This document shows, piece after piece, positions 1-8,356 of a DNA stretch of 43,650 nt. Both the position numbers and the translations under genes were made by a program. Numbering within the stretch: the first letter of the stretch is position 1; the number at the start of each line of letters is the position of its first letter. The stretch is taken from NCBI GenBank assembly GCA_011525905.1, contig WYBK01000004.1, positions 1-43,650 of the forward strand. Direction: 5' to 3'. This DNA is from Acidobacteriota bacterium (lineage in GTDB: Bacteria; Acidobacteriota; Thermoanaerobaculia; Multivoradales; JAGPDF01). Below the pieces are notes generated by a model. That model searched no databases and was not told where the DNA came from. It saw only the letters and a list, made by a program, of their open reading frames with translations.

Positions 1-1347
1 CGCCGGCGTCGCTTCGACCACCGGCGTCTGCATGTCGGCCGCTTCGAAGTCGGCGAGGGTCGGCGGCGCCGGGGCCGCCGGAGCTGGCGTTTCGGCGTAG
101 ACCGTGTCGACTGCCGACGCGGCCGTCTCGTAGGCCGGCGCCGTCGACGGGGCGCTGTCGGTCGCCTCGAAGGCCGCCGGATCGACTTGCGCGACGATGG
201 CTGTTTCCGTCGCCGTCGGCTCGCGCGGGGCGGGCTCGCCGGCGGTCTCGAGCTGCGCAGCGGAGGCCTCGACCTCCGGGGCCGGCTCGACCCGCTCGGA
301 GACGGGCACCGGCGCCGGCTCGGCCGCCGGCGGCGCGAGATCCTGCGCCAGCGTGGTCGGCGTGCCGGTGCCGCCGAAGCGGACCAGCAGACCCTCCGCG
401 GAGCGCTCGATGGCCGGCTCCACGGCGGCCGCCAGATCGAAGACCACGCGCGAGACCGGCTGCGGCTCGCCCTTGAACTGCGACACGCGCACGCGGGCCA
501 GAGCTTCTCCCGACAGGTTCCAGACGCCGCGCGACGCGACGTTGGTCACCCCGTCGAGGTCGATGACGAAGCGATCGGGGTTCTCGAGCCGGAAGGTCGA
601 GTAGGCGAATTCGCCGTCGCCCGCGACGCGGACGACCGGCGCCGGGCCGTCGGCGACCACCTCGATCCCCTCGAGGAAGGTGGCCGGGGCGCCGGTCGGG
701 GCCGCCGCGACGATCGGCCGCTCGGCCGTGCCGAGCAGCTGCGGCGGCGCCGACTCGGCCGCGGCGAGCGCGACGGGCTCGGGGGTCGCGGGCAGCACGG
801 CGGCCGCGGCCGGCGCCGGGGCGGCGGCGACCATCGGCTCGGCCGGCGCATCGGCGTCGGCGACCGGAGCGAGATCGACCAGCAACCGGTTGCCGACGGC
901 CGCGAGCGCCAGCTCGGCGTCCTCGCGGGTGGCGACGACCATCCGCGTCAGGGGGCGCTCGCCGCTGCCCTGCAGGGAGAGGCGGACCGTCGAGACCAGC
1001 CCCGAGTCGAGAGTCTGGTCGGCGAGTCCGGACGCCGGACGGCTGTTGGGCAGCTCGACGACGAGATTGCCGTCGGCGTCACGGTAGGTCGTCCAGACCA
1101 GCGGCGCGCTCGCCGAGATCTCGATCCGCGCGCCCGGAGCGCCCTCCATCACGTCGAGCCCGGAGATCTCGACCGGTTCCAATCGCGGCGCCGGAGCCGA
1201 GGCAACCGCCTCGGCCGGCGCTGCCGCACCGGCGACCTCGGGGGTCGCGGACGCGCAGCTCGACAGCAGGACCGCGGCTGCGAGCGCCGCCGCAAGTCCG
1301 GCCCCGGCACTCGAGGCTCTCAGTTTGCTCTTCACCGCGTCTCCCAT
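1..1347 (-). CDS. pilQ: Type IV pilus secretin PilQ, N-terminal part (lipoprotein signal, two AMIN domains, Ala/Pro/Glu linkers); runs off the window start
   Basis: Not in the ORF track (no stop in window). Manual translation from ATG 1347 (GGAGG upstream): MGDAVKSKLRASSAGAGLAAALAAAVLLSSC... AMIN-like segment 'FRLENPDRFVIDLDGV...RVRVSQFKGEPQPVSRVVFDL'; directly downstream of pilMNOP. Confidence 0.85.
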   Translation of the reverse strand, partial: MGDAVKSKLRASSAGAGLAAALAAAVLLSSCASATPEVAGAAAPAEAVASAPAPRLEPVEISGLDVMEGAPGARIEISASAPLVWTTYRDADGNLVVELPNSRPASGLADQTLDSGLVSTVRLSLQGSGERPLTRMVVATREDAELALAAVGNRLLVDLAPVADADAPAEPMVAAAPAPAAAAVLPATPEPVALAAAESAPPQLLGTAERPIVAAAPTGAPATFLEGIEVVADGPAPVVRVAGDGEFAYSTFRLENPDRFVIDLDGVTNVASRGVWNLSGEALARVRVSQFKGEPQPVSRVVFDLAAAVEPAIERSAEGLLVRFGGTGTPTTLAQDLAPPAAEPAPVPVSERVEPAPEVEASAAQLETAGEPAPREPTATETAIVAQVDPAAFEATDSAPSTAPAYETAASAVDTVYAETPAPAAPAPPTLADFEAADMQTPVVEATPA

Positions 1348-1398
1348 AACGCTCGCCTCCCTCGCGTAGCCTTCGCTCTCGCAACGCATGGCCTGCGG

Positions 1399-1911
1399 CT
1401 ACGGGCTGAGCTTTTTGACGACTTCCCGAAACGGCTTGATCACCGTCGGGTCGTTGACGATCTGCTTGAAGACGACTTCGTTCTGCGTGATGCTCACGAC
1501 GTCGCCGTCGTAGAGCTGGTCTCCCTCGCGGATCAGGTAGCTCTTCTCCTTGTTGGAGGCGATCACCTGGGCCACGAAGCCGCGCGAGGTCTTGAAGATC
1601 CCGGTCAGGTCGATCTCGTCGATGAACAGGCCGGCCGGCCCTTCGGGCACCGGGCCGCGTCGCTCCGGCCGCTGCTTGCCGATGATCAACGACTTGAAGG
1701 GGTCGCGGCGGTTGCCGGGGTCGTAGGAATAGCTCGCTCCCGCGAGCACCTCCTCCTCGCCGGCCAGGATCTCGTCGATCTGGCTGGCGGCCTCGTCGAG
1801 GTCCGGCCCCTGCTCGGCGGGCGGCGGCGCTTCCTCCTGGGCGCCGGCGACGCCGGCGGCCGAGAGGCCGAGCAAGAGGACGAGCGCGAGCGCGAAGCTT
1901 CGAGAGGTCAT
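1399..1911 (-). CDS. pilP: Type IV pilus assembly protein PilP
   Basis: Signal peptide, 'YDPGNRRDPF' motif, 'LTGI...YLIREGDQL..G.VVSIT' beta domain; position between pilO and pilQ. Confidence 0.85.
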   Translation of the reverse strand: MTSRSFALALVLLLGLSAAGVAGAQEEAPPPAEQGPDLDEAASQIDEILAGEEEVLAGASYSYDPGNRRDPFKSLIIGKQRPERRGPVPEGPAGLFIDEIDLTGIFKTSRGFVAQVIASNKEKSYLIREGDQLYDGDVVSITQNEVVFKQIVNDPTVIKPFREVVKKLSP

Positions 1912-1924
1912 CCGTCTCCCCTCC

Positions 1925-2542
1925 TCACCTGCGGCCGCGGCGGCCGCCGCTCGGCGGCGGCGGCGGAGCCGACAGGTCGGGCTCCTTGTAGATGAAGGTC
2001 TTGGCCACGAAGTCGGCGTTGATCGTGTGCCCCTTGGCGTTGGTGCGCAGGGCCGCGACCTTCAGGTTCTCGATGTTGATGATCCGCGAGAAGCGGCTGA
2101 CCCGGTCGAAGAAGAGCGCGAGGTTGTGGTAGCTGCCGTTCAGGCGGATGGTGATCGGCCACTCGCTGTAGAAGTCGCGATCGATGAAGTTGCCCGGCGT
2201 GAACTTGAGCAGGTCGAAGTTGCCCTGCTCGGTCAGCTGGCGGATCCGCCGGAGCAGCTCCGGCGTGTTGCGCCGCGAGGGGAGGATGCGCAGCAGCTTG
2301 TCGAGCTCGAGCTCGAGCCGGCGCACCTCTTCGCGGAATTGCGGCAGCTTCTGCTTGGCCGCCCGCCCTTCCTGGATCTTGACCTGCAGCTCGGCGAGCC
2401 GCTTCTCCATGCGCTCGATCTGGTCGTACTGCTTGGCGAAGACCAGGTAGTAGCCGACGCCGACGGCGACGGCCCCCACCAGCAGGCCGACGGCGGCGCC
2501 GTAGTACCAGGGCTTGCCTTCGAGTCCGGTCTGCATGGCCAT
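1925..2542 (-). CDS. pilO: Type IV pilus assembly protein PilO
   Basis: Start MAMQTG at 2542 (shorter than the track ORF). TM helix, coiled coil, 'LP....PELL', 'GSYHNLALFFDRVSRFSRIIN'. Confidence 0.92.
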   Translation of the reverse strand: MAMQTGLEGKPWYYGAAVGLLVGAVAVGVGYYLVFAKQYDQIERMEKRLAELQVKIQEGRAAKQKLPQFREEVRRLELELDKLLRILPSRRNTPELLRRIRQLTEQGNFDLLKFTPGNFIDRDFYSEWPITIRLNGSYHNLALFFDRVSRFSRIINIENLKVAALRTNAKGHTINADFVAKTFIYKEPDLSAPPPPPSGGRRGRR

Positions 2543-2547
2543 CGCAG

Positions 2548-3234
2548 TCACTCCACTCCGTCCACTCCGCGCCCGTCGCCGACCCTGGCGGCCGCGGCGG
2601 AACCGGTCGTGCCGGCGCTCGCGCCGGCTTCGCCGGCGGCGGGCGCTTCCGTGCTCTTCTTGGTGAACGAGTAGCCGACGTTGAGCTTGAAATCGTAGGT
2701 CTCGGTGCGGGCGCCGCGCTGGGAGCGCTGCGTCGCGTCCGCCAGGATCGGCTCGGCGAACTCCTCCACCTTGTCCAGGTTGTCGAGGAAGTTGGCGACC
2801 GCGGACATGTTGAAGGCCGTGCCCTGCAGGCTGATGGTCGCGGCGGTGACGTTCAGGCGCGACAACCAGAGCAGCTCGGGCAGGGCGCGGGAGACTTCGT
2901 CCATGATCCGGACGGGGCCGCGCTGGTTGGCCTTGAGGTCGTTGATCACCGTGATCTTGCGCTCGAGCTCGGCCTTCTTCGCCTTGTACTCCTCGACCTC
3001 CTTGATCACCTGGGCGAGCTCGTCGACTTCGCGCTGCGCCGCCGCGATCTCGCGATCCTTCTTCTTGATCTCGCGGTCGAGCAGGAACCACCAGCCGCCG
3101 GCCACCAGCAGGCCGAGGACGGTGCCGGCGATCAGCAGGGTGTTGCCCAGGTCGGCGCGGGCGCCGACCGGCTGACGGGCGCGCCGGGCGACGACCGGAC
3201 GCTTGCCTTCGGAGAGGAGGTTGATCTTGATCAT
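2548..3234 (-). CDS. pilN: Type IV pilus assembly protein PilN
   Basis: N-terminal MIKINLL (PilM-binding INLL motif), TM, coiled coil, 'LPELLWL'. Confidence 0.92.
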   Translation of the reverse strand: MIKINLLSEGKRPVVARRARQPVGARADLGNTLLIAGTVLGLLVAGGWWFLLDREIKKKDREIAAAQREVDELAQVIKEVEEYKAKKAELERKITVINDLKANQRGPVRIMDEVSRALPELLWLSRLNVTAATISLQGTAFNMSAVANFLDNLDKVEEFAEPILADATQRSQRGARTETYDFKLNVGYSFTKKSTEAPAAGEAGASAGTTGSAAAARVGDGRGVDGVE

Positions 3235-3239
3235 CGCCG

Positions 3240-4295
3240 CTAGCCCCCCGCCCTGCGGATCGCGAGCCCGACCGATACCGCCAGCATCGGCCCGATCGAC
3301 CGGAGCCAATCCCGGTCGAAGTCGCCCTCGCGGTAATGGATCCGGCGCAACGGATCGAGCATCTCGATGGGCACGCCGAAACGCTCGCGCAGCACCTGCT
3401 GGAGATTGGGCGTGAGCGCGCAGCCGCCGGAGAGCACGATCTCGTCGACCGGGCCTTCGGAGGAGGTGGCGGCGAAGAAGTCGAAGGTCTTCTGGATCTC
3501 CGAGGCCATCTCGCTCGACACGGAGTCGAGCACGCTGCGCGCGTCCGCGGCGCTGAAGCGGTCGACCGGCTGGCCGCGCTTCAGTCGTTCGGCCTGGTCG
3601 AAGGAGAGGTTGAACTCACGCTGGAGCGCCTCGGTGAACTGGTTGCCGCCGAAGGAGATGTCGCGCCAGAAGGCGGTCGCGCCGCGCGCCAGGATGTTGA
3701 TGTTGGTGACGCTCGCGCCCATGTTCACCAGGGCGATCACCTTGAGCGGATCGACGTCGTAATTCGCCTCGTAGGCGTTCTGGATGGCGAACGCGTCGAC
3801 GTCGACCAGCACGGGCGTCTTGCCGGCCTGGCTGATCACCGAGACGTAGTCGTTGACCTTGTCCCGCTTGACCGCGACCAGCAGGACTTCCATGTTCTCG
3901 TGGCCGGGCTCTCCCTCCGACAGGACGACGTAGTCGAGCCGCACGTCGTTGATGTCGAACGGGATGTACTGCTCGGCCTCCCACTGGATCTGGTCCGAGA
4001 GGTCCTCCGGCGCCATGGCCGGCATCTGGATCTTCTTGATGATGACCGAGTGTCCGGAAAGCGAGGTGGCGTAGTTCGCCAGCTTCACTCCGGTGGCGTC
4101 GTTGAGGCGGTGGATGGCGTCGACCACCAGGGAGGAGTCCATGATCGAGCCGTCGACGATCGCTTCCGGGGAGAGGGGCTCGACGCCGAGCCGCTGAAGG
4201 GTGAACTCCCCCTTCCGCTCCTTGAGCTCGACCAGCTTCATCGCCGAGCTCCCGATGTCCAGGCCCACCAGACCTTTGGAACGTGAGAACAGCAC
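3240..4295 (-). CDS. pilM: Type IV pilus assembly protein PilM (actin-like)
   Basis: 'VGLDIGSSAMKLVEL', 'EAEQYIPF', 'FGGNQFT', 'LSGGCA', C-terminal 'AVSVGLAIR'. Confidence 0.96.
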   Translation of the reverse strand: MLFSRSKGLVGLDIGSSAMKLVELKERKGEFTLQRLGVEPLSPEAIVDGSIMDSSLVVDAIHRLNDATGVKLANYATSLSGHSVIIKKIQMPAMAPEDLSDQIQWEAEQYIPFDINDVRLDYVVLSEGEPGHENMEVLLVAVKRDKVNDYVSVISQAGKTPVLVDVDAFAIQNAYEANYDVDPLKVIALVNMGASVTNINILARGATAFWRDISFGGNQFTEALQREFNLSFDQAERLKRGQPVDRFSAADARSVLDSVSSEMASEIQKTFDFFAATSSEGPVDEIVLSGGCALTPNLQQVLRERFGVPIEMLDPLRRIHYREGDFDRDWLRSIGPMLAVSVGLAIRRAGG

Positions 4296-4360
4296 GGCGC
4301 TATCGACCCCCTTCGAGAAAGAGCTGAGTCACCGCTCTCCTAGCCTTGTTTCGGAGGACC

Positions 4361-4389
4361 AAGGTAGCCGAAAGGCCAAGTGCTGTCAA
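4361..4389 (-). promoter_or_regulatory. Sigma70-type promoter for pilMNOPQ
   Basis: Minus strand TTGACA (4389-4384), 17-nt spacer, TACCTT (4366-4361). Confidence 0.7.
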
Positions 4390-4538
4390 GCGGTTGGAGA
4401 ATCCAGTGCTCAGAACCTTGTGCACCACTCCACACCCTCTCGCGGAGTCGACGAGCCGGCGCGCGGCGCCCGTCCCGCACCGCCGACTCGCCGGCCGGAA
4501 GCGAACGCACCCGGGTGCCGTTCGCGCGTGAGACCGAC

Positions 4539-4567
4539 TTGCCCATGCGAGCGCTCGCGAGTAAAAT
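4539..4567 (+). promoter_or_regulatory. Sigma70-type promoter for rpmB
   Basis: TTGCCC (4539-4544), 17-nt spacer, TAAAAT (4562-4567); AAGGAG SD before ATG 4605. Confidence 0.7.
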
Positions 4568-4604
4568 CCATCGGTTTGCTGGCCGCGGCCGCAAGGAGAA
4601 CGAG

Positions 4605-4835
4605 ATGGCGAAGCAGTGCGAAGTTTGTGGCAAGGCGACCGTGACCGGACGCAGCGTGAGTCATGCGCACAACGTGACCTCGCGCACCTGGGAGCCGAAC
4701 CTGCGGACCGTCAAGGCGCTGGTCGACGGCGCCTCCCGTCGCATCCGGGTCTGCACCCGCTGCCTGCGCAGCGGCAAGGTCGTGCGCCCGCCGGCGCGCG
4801 CCCGCTTCCTGGCCGAAGCCGAAGCCAAGGGCTGA
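4605..4835 (+). CDS. rpmB: 50S ribosomal protein L28 (Zn-ribbon form)
   Basis: MAKQCEVCGK...GRSVSHAHNVTSRTWEPNL...RVCTRCLRSGKV; two CxxC pairs; SD AAGGAG. Confidence 0.97.
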   Translation: MAKQCEVCGKATVTGRSVSHAHNVTSRTWEPNLRTVKALVDGASRRIRVCTRCLRSGKVVRPPARARFLAEAEAKG

Positions 4836-4869
4836 GCCGACCGCGGCGGGCCGCGCGCGGGCGGCCGGC

Positions 4870-7107
4870 TCAGTCGAGAGCGCGCGCCCCGCGCGCCGAA
4901 CCCGACATCCGACGACTGACTTCGAGCACCCCCGGCAGGGCGCCGAGCGCCTTGCGGATCTTCTCGAGGTGGCCGCGGTTCTTCACCTCGACGACCACTT
5001 CGATGTCGCCGCGGCCGGGCCGTTCGGTGTCGGCTTCGATCTGGCGGATGTTGGTGTCGAGCTTGGCGATCGCCTCGGTCAAGCGCGCGAGCATGCCGCG
5101 CCGGTCCTCGGTCTCGATGACCAGCGAGACCGCGAAGACGCCGCCGTCCTCGCGGCTCCAGGCCACTTCGATCTCGCGTTCGGGGTTGTAGAGCAGGTTG
5201 CGCACGTTGGGGCAGTCGATCGAGTGCACGGAGATGCCCCGGCCGCGCGTGATGTAGCCGACGATCTCGTCCCCGGGCACCGGCCGGCAACACTTGGCGA
5301 GCACGGTCAGCAGGTCGCCCGGCCCGGAAACGGCGATCGGTGCGGCGGCGCCGCTCGGTAGCAGGCGGCCGATCGCCCGGCGGAAGGCGCCCGGCGGCTC
5401 CGGCGTCGCTTGCAGCTCCTCGGCGGAGAGCAGGCGCGGCAGCAGCTGAGCCAGTGTCGCCTTGCCGTACCCGAGACGCGCTAGGAGGTCCTCCGGGCGT
5501 CCGAGCCCCTCCTCGGCGAGCAGCTTCCGGAAGCGCTCGGACTCGACCGTACGCTTGAGGGTCAGCTTGTGCCGCGCCAGCTCCTTCTCGAGCATCCGCC
5601 GGCCGATCTGGATCGCTTGCTCGGTCTGCTGCGTATTCAGCCAGTGGCGGATCTTCGACTTGGCGCGCGACGTCACCACCAGGCCGAGCCAGTCCCGGCT
5701 CGGGTTGCGCGTCGGGCTGCTGAGGATCTCGACGATGTCGCCGGTCTTGAGCGGCGTGCGCAGCGGCGCCAGCCGCCCGTTGATGCGCGCCCCGGTGCAG
5801 TGGTGGCCGAGGTCGGTGTGGATGCGGTACGCGAAGTCGAGCGGCGTGGCGTCACGCGGCAGGGCGAAGACGTCCCCCTTGGGCGTGAAGACGTAGACCT
5901 CGTCCGGGTAGAGGTCGAGCTTCAGGCTCGAGAGAAAGCTGCGCGGGTCGCTCTGCTCGGTCTGGATCTCGACCAGTTGGCGCAGCCAGCGGACGTTCTT
6001 GTCCGCGCCGTCCGGCGCTAGCCTTCCCTCCTTGTAACGCCAGTGGGCGGCGATGCCGTCCTCGGCGACCAGGTCCATCTCGCGCGTGCGGATCTGCACC
6101 TCGAACGGCTGCCCGCGGCCGCCGAGCACCGTGGTGTGCAACGACTGGTAGAGGTTCGGCTTCGGCATCGCGATGTAGTCCTTGAACCGGCCGGGGATGG
6201 GGCGCCACCCCTGGTGGACCACGCCGAGAGCCGCGTAGCAGTCGCGCAGCTCCTCGGTCACGATGCGGAAGGCGAGGTAGTCGTAGAGCTCGGAGATGTC
6301 GATCCCCTGCCGGCGCAGTTTCTGGAAGATCGAGTAGTAACGCTTGACCCGGAAGCTGATCTCGGCGGCGATCCCGCCTTCGGCGAGCGCCGTCACCAGC
6401 CGCTCGCGGATCTCGGCGATGCCCTTCTTGCCGACCCGCAGCCGTTCGTCGACCTTCTCCTGCAACGAAGCGAACTGCAGCGGGTAGAGATAGAAGAACG
6501 CGAGGTCCTCGAGCTCTCCCTTGACCTTGGCCATGCCCAGCCGGTTGGCGATCGGCGCGTAGATCTCGAGGGTCTCCTGCGAAATGCGGCGCCGCGCCTC
6601 GGTCGACATGGCGTCGAGCGTCATCATGTTGTGCAGGCGGTCGGCGAGCTTGACCAGGATCACGCGCAGGTCGCGCGCCGAGGCGAGGATCATCTTGCGG
6701 AAGGTCTCGGCCTGCGCCTCGTCCTTGCGCACGTAGAGGTGCTTGCCGATCTTGGTGACGCCGTCGACCAGCTCGGCGATCTCCGCGCCGAACTCGGCCT
6801 CGAGCGCCGCCCGCGTGGTCAGCGTGTCCTCGAGCACGTCGTGCAGCAGGCCGACGGCGACGCAGGTCTGGTCGAGGCGCAGGTCGGCGAGGATCGCCGC
6901 GACGCTCGCCGGGTGGGTCAAGTAGGGCTCGCCCGAGCGGCGAACCTGGTCCTTGTGCATCTCGGCCGAGTACGCGTACACCTTCTCGAGGAAGGGGCGG
7001 TCGACGCTGCGGCCGTTGGCCTCCAGCCGCGCGATCAGGTCGGCGAGCGAGGGCGCTTTGGGCGGCGCGACGGGCGCGGTGGGCGAGCGCTTGCGGAAAC
7101 CGGGCAT
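4870..7107 (-). CDS. rel: Bifunctional (p)ppGpp synthetase/hydrolase (long RSH)
   Basis: HD hydrolase (RRSGEPY, HDVLEDT), synthetase (RFKDY, YQSLHT, FEVQIRT), TGS (FTPKG), ZFD (CCRP...HSIDCPN), ACT. TAGAAT -10 at 7139-7134. Confidence 0.96.
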   Translation of the reverse strand: MPGFRKRSPTAPVAPPKAPSLADLIARLEANGRSVDRPFLEKVYAYSAEMHKDQVRRSGEPYLTHPASVAAILADLRLDQTCVAVGLLHDVLEDTLTTRAALEAEFGAEIAELVDGVTKIGKHLYVRKDEAQAETFRKMILASARDLRVILVKLADRLHNMMTLDAMSTEARRRISQETLEIYAPIANRLGMAKVKGELEDLAFFYLYPLQFASLQEKVDERLRVGKKGIAEIRERLVTALAEGGIAAEISFRVKRYYSIFQKLRRQGIDISELYDYLAFRIVTEELRDCYAALGVVHQGWRPIPGRFKDYIAMPKPNLYQSLHTTVLGGRGQPFEVQIRTREMDLVAEDGIAAHWRYKEGRLAPDGADKNVRWLRQLVEIQTEQSDPRSFLSSLKLDLYPDEVYVFTPKGDVFALPRDATPLDFAYRIHTDLGHHCTGARINGRLAPLRTPLKTGDIVEILSSPTRNPSRDWLGLVVTSRAKSKIRHWLNTQQTEQAIQIGRRMLEKELARHKLTLKRTVESERFRKLLAEEGLGRPEDLLARLGYGKATLAQLLPRLLSAEELQATPEPPGAFRRAIGRLLPSGAAAPIAVSGPGDLLTVLAKCCRPVPGDEIVGYITRGRGISVHSIDCPNVRNLLYNPEREIEVAWSREDGGVFAVSLVIETEDRRGMLARLTEAIAKLDTNIRQIEADTERPGRGDIEVVVEVKNRGHLEKIRKALGALPGVLEVSRRMSGSARGARALD

Positions 7108-7150
7108 CGGGTGCGCGCGGGGCGCGCACCGTCATTCTACGGCCGGATCG

Positions 7151-8329
7151 TCAGGCCGCCGCGCTCCGGCGCCGCAAGCGGCCGCCGGCCCCGAACCACT
7201 CCTCCCAGAGCAGGGCGAACGGGCTCGCGATGTAGATCGAGGAGTAAGTACCGACCAGGATGCCGGCGAAGATGATGAAGGCGAACCCCTTGATCGCCTC
7301 GCCGCCGAACTGCCAGAGCATGAGCGAAGCGGCGAGCGTCGTGCCGCCGGTCAGCAACGTGCGCGACAGCATCTGGTTGAGGCTGTCGTTGAGCATGGTG
7401 ATCATGTCGCGGCCGCGCCGCTTGCGCATGTTCTCGCGCACGCGGTCGAAAGTGACCACGGTGTCGTTGATCGAGTAGCCGATCAGCGTCAGGAAGGCGG
7501 CGATGGTCGTCAGGTTGAACTCGTAACCCATCATGGCGTAGATGCCGAGGGTGATCAGCACGTCGTGCAAGCCGGCCATGGTCGCGCCGACCGCGAAACG
7601 CAGCTCGAAGCGCACCCAGATGTAGAGCATCATGCCGATCAACGCGCCGAACACCGCCAGCAACCCGCGCCGGCGCAGCTCGGAGCCGACCTGCGGGCCG
7701 ACGTTCTCGGTGGCGAGCAGGGCGAACGAGCCGAGCGCGGCGTCGCGGCGCAGCACCTCGGCTGCCGCCGGCGAGAGGCCCGGCGCCGCCGCCACCTCCT
7801 CCCACGACGCGAAGATCCCCGCCTCCTTGCGCGCCGCCATCAGCGCTTCGGCCGTGGCCTGGTAGCGCGCCTGGAGCCCGGCCGGATCGCCGCCGACGTT
7901 GTCGGGATCGGCGCCGGCGAGCAGCTGGGCGACGGCCGCCGCGCCGACCAGGTTCAGGTCGGGCTTGCCGGCGGCCTCGGCGTTGTAGCGCCCCCCGAGC
8001 AGCTCGAGCAGGCGGGCCGAAGAGCCCTCCTCGCTACCCTCGACGATCGGCGTCCGCACCATGACCTCGTTGGCGCCCGCCGCGCCGAAGCGCTGGATCT
8101 GCGGCTCGCCGACCCCGGCGCCGGCGATCAGGGCGCGCAGCTCCTGCAGATCGGGTTGCTCGCGGAACTTCAGGGTGAGCTGCGTGCCGCCGGCGAAGTC
8201 GATGCCGAGGTTCAGCCGGTCGAGGAAGAAGACCGCCACCAGGCCGAGGACCATCACGACCGCCGAGAAAGCCATCCAGAAGCGGCGGTACTTCATGAAG
8301 TCGAACTTCGTGTTGCGGAGAAAGTCCAT
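7151..8329 (-). CDS. secF: Protein translocase subunit SecF, with periplasmic insertion
   Basis: 'LGIDFAGG', 'VGPQVG.EL', 'HDV', 'GYSINDTVV.FDRVRE', 'GTYSSIYIA'. Confidence 0.96.
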   Translation of the reverse strand: MDFLRNTKFDFMKYRRFWMAFSAVVMVLGLVAVFFLDRLNLGIDFAGGTQLTLKFREQPDLQELRALIAGAGVGEPQIQRFGAAGANEVMVRTPIVEGSEEGSSARLLELLGGRYNAEAAGKPDLNLVGAAAVAQLLAGADPDNVGGDPAGLQARYQATAEALMAARKEAGIFASWEEVAAAPGLSPAAAEVLRRDAALGSFALLATENVGPQVGSELRRRGLLAVFGALIGMMLYIWVRFELRFAVGATMAGLHDVLITLGIYAMMGYEFNLTTIAAFLTLIGYSINDTVVTFDRVRENMRKRRGRDMITMLNDSLNQMLSRTLLTGGTTLAASLMLWQFGGEAIKGFAFIIFAGILVGTYSSIYIASPFALLWEEWFGAGGRLRRRSAAA

Positions 8330-8356
8330 GCGCTGCTCCTGGTTGCGCCCCGAGCC

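Noticed and set aside
187-1995. 602-aa plus-strand ORF and similar long shadow ORFs (6953-8698, 10024-11520, 16005-18002, 17599-20589, 20084-22486, 29560-32547, 31644-34649)
   Set aside because: Antisense or off-frame to well-supported genes, Arg/Gly/Pro-rich with no motifs; expected from stop-codon scarcity at this GC content.
2300-2318. Very frequent CTCGAG/GAGCTC/TCGA palindromes across the window
   Set aside because: Explained by preferred codons (CTC-GAG, GAG-CTC, GTC-GAC); no regular spacing, so not CRISPR or REP.
4832-4873. Inverted repeat between convergent rpmB and rel
   Set aside because: Imperfect GC-rich stem that includes both stop codons and has no U-tract; cannot be supported as a terminator.
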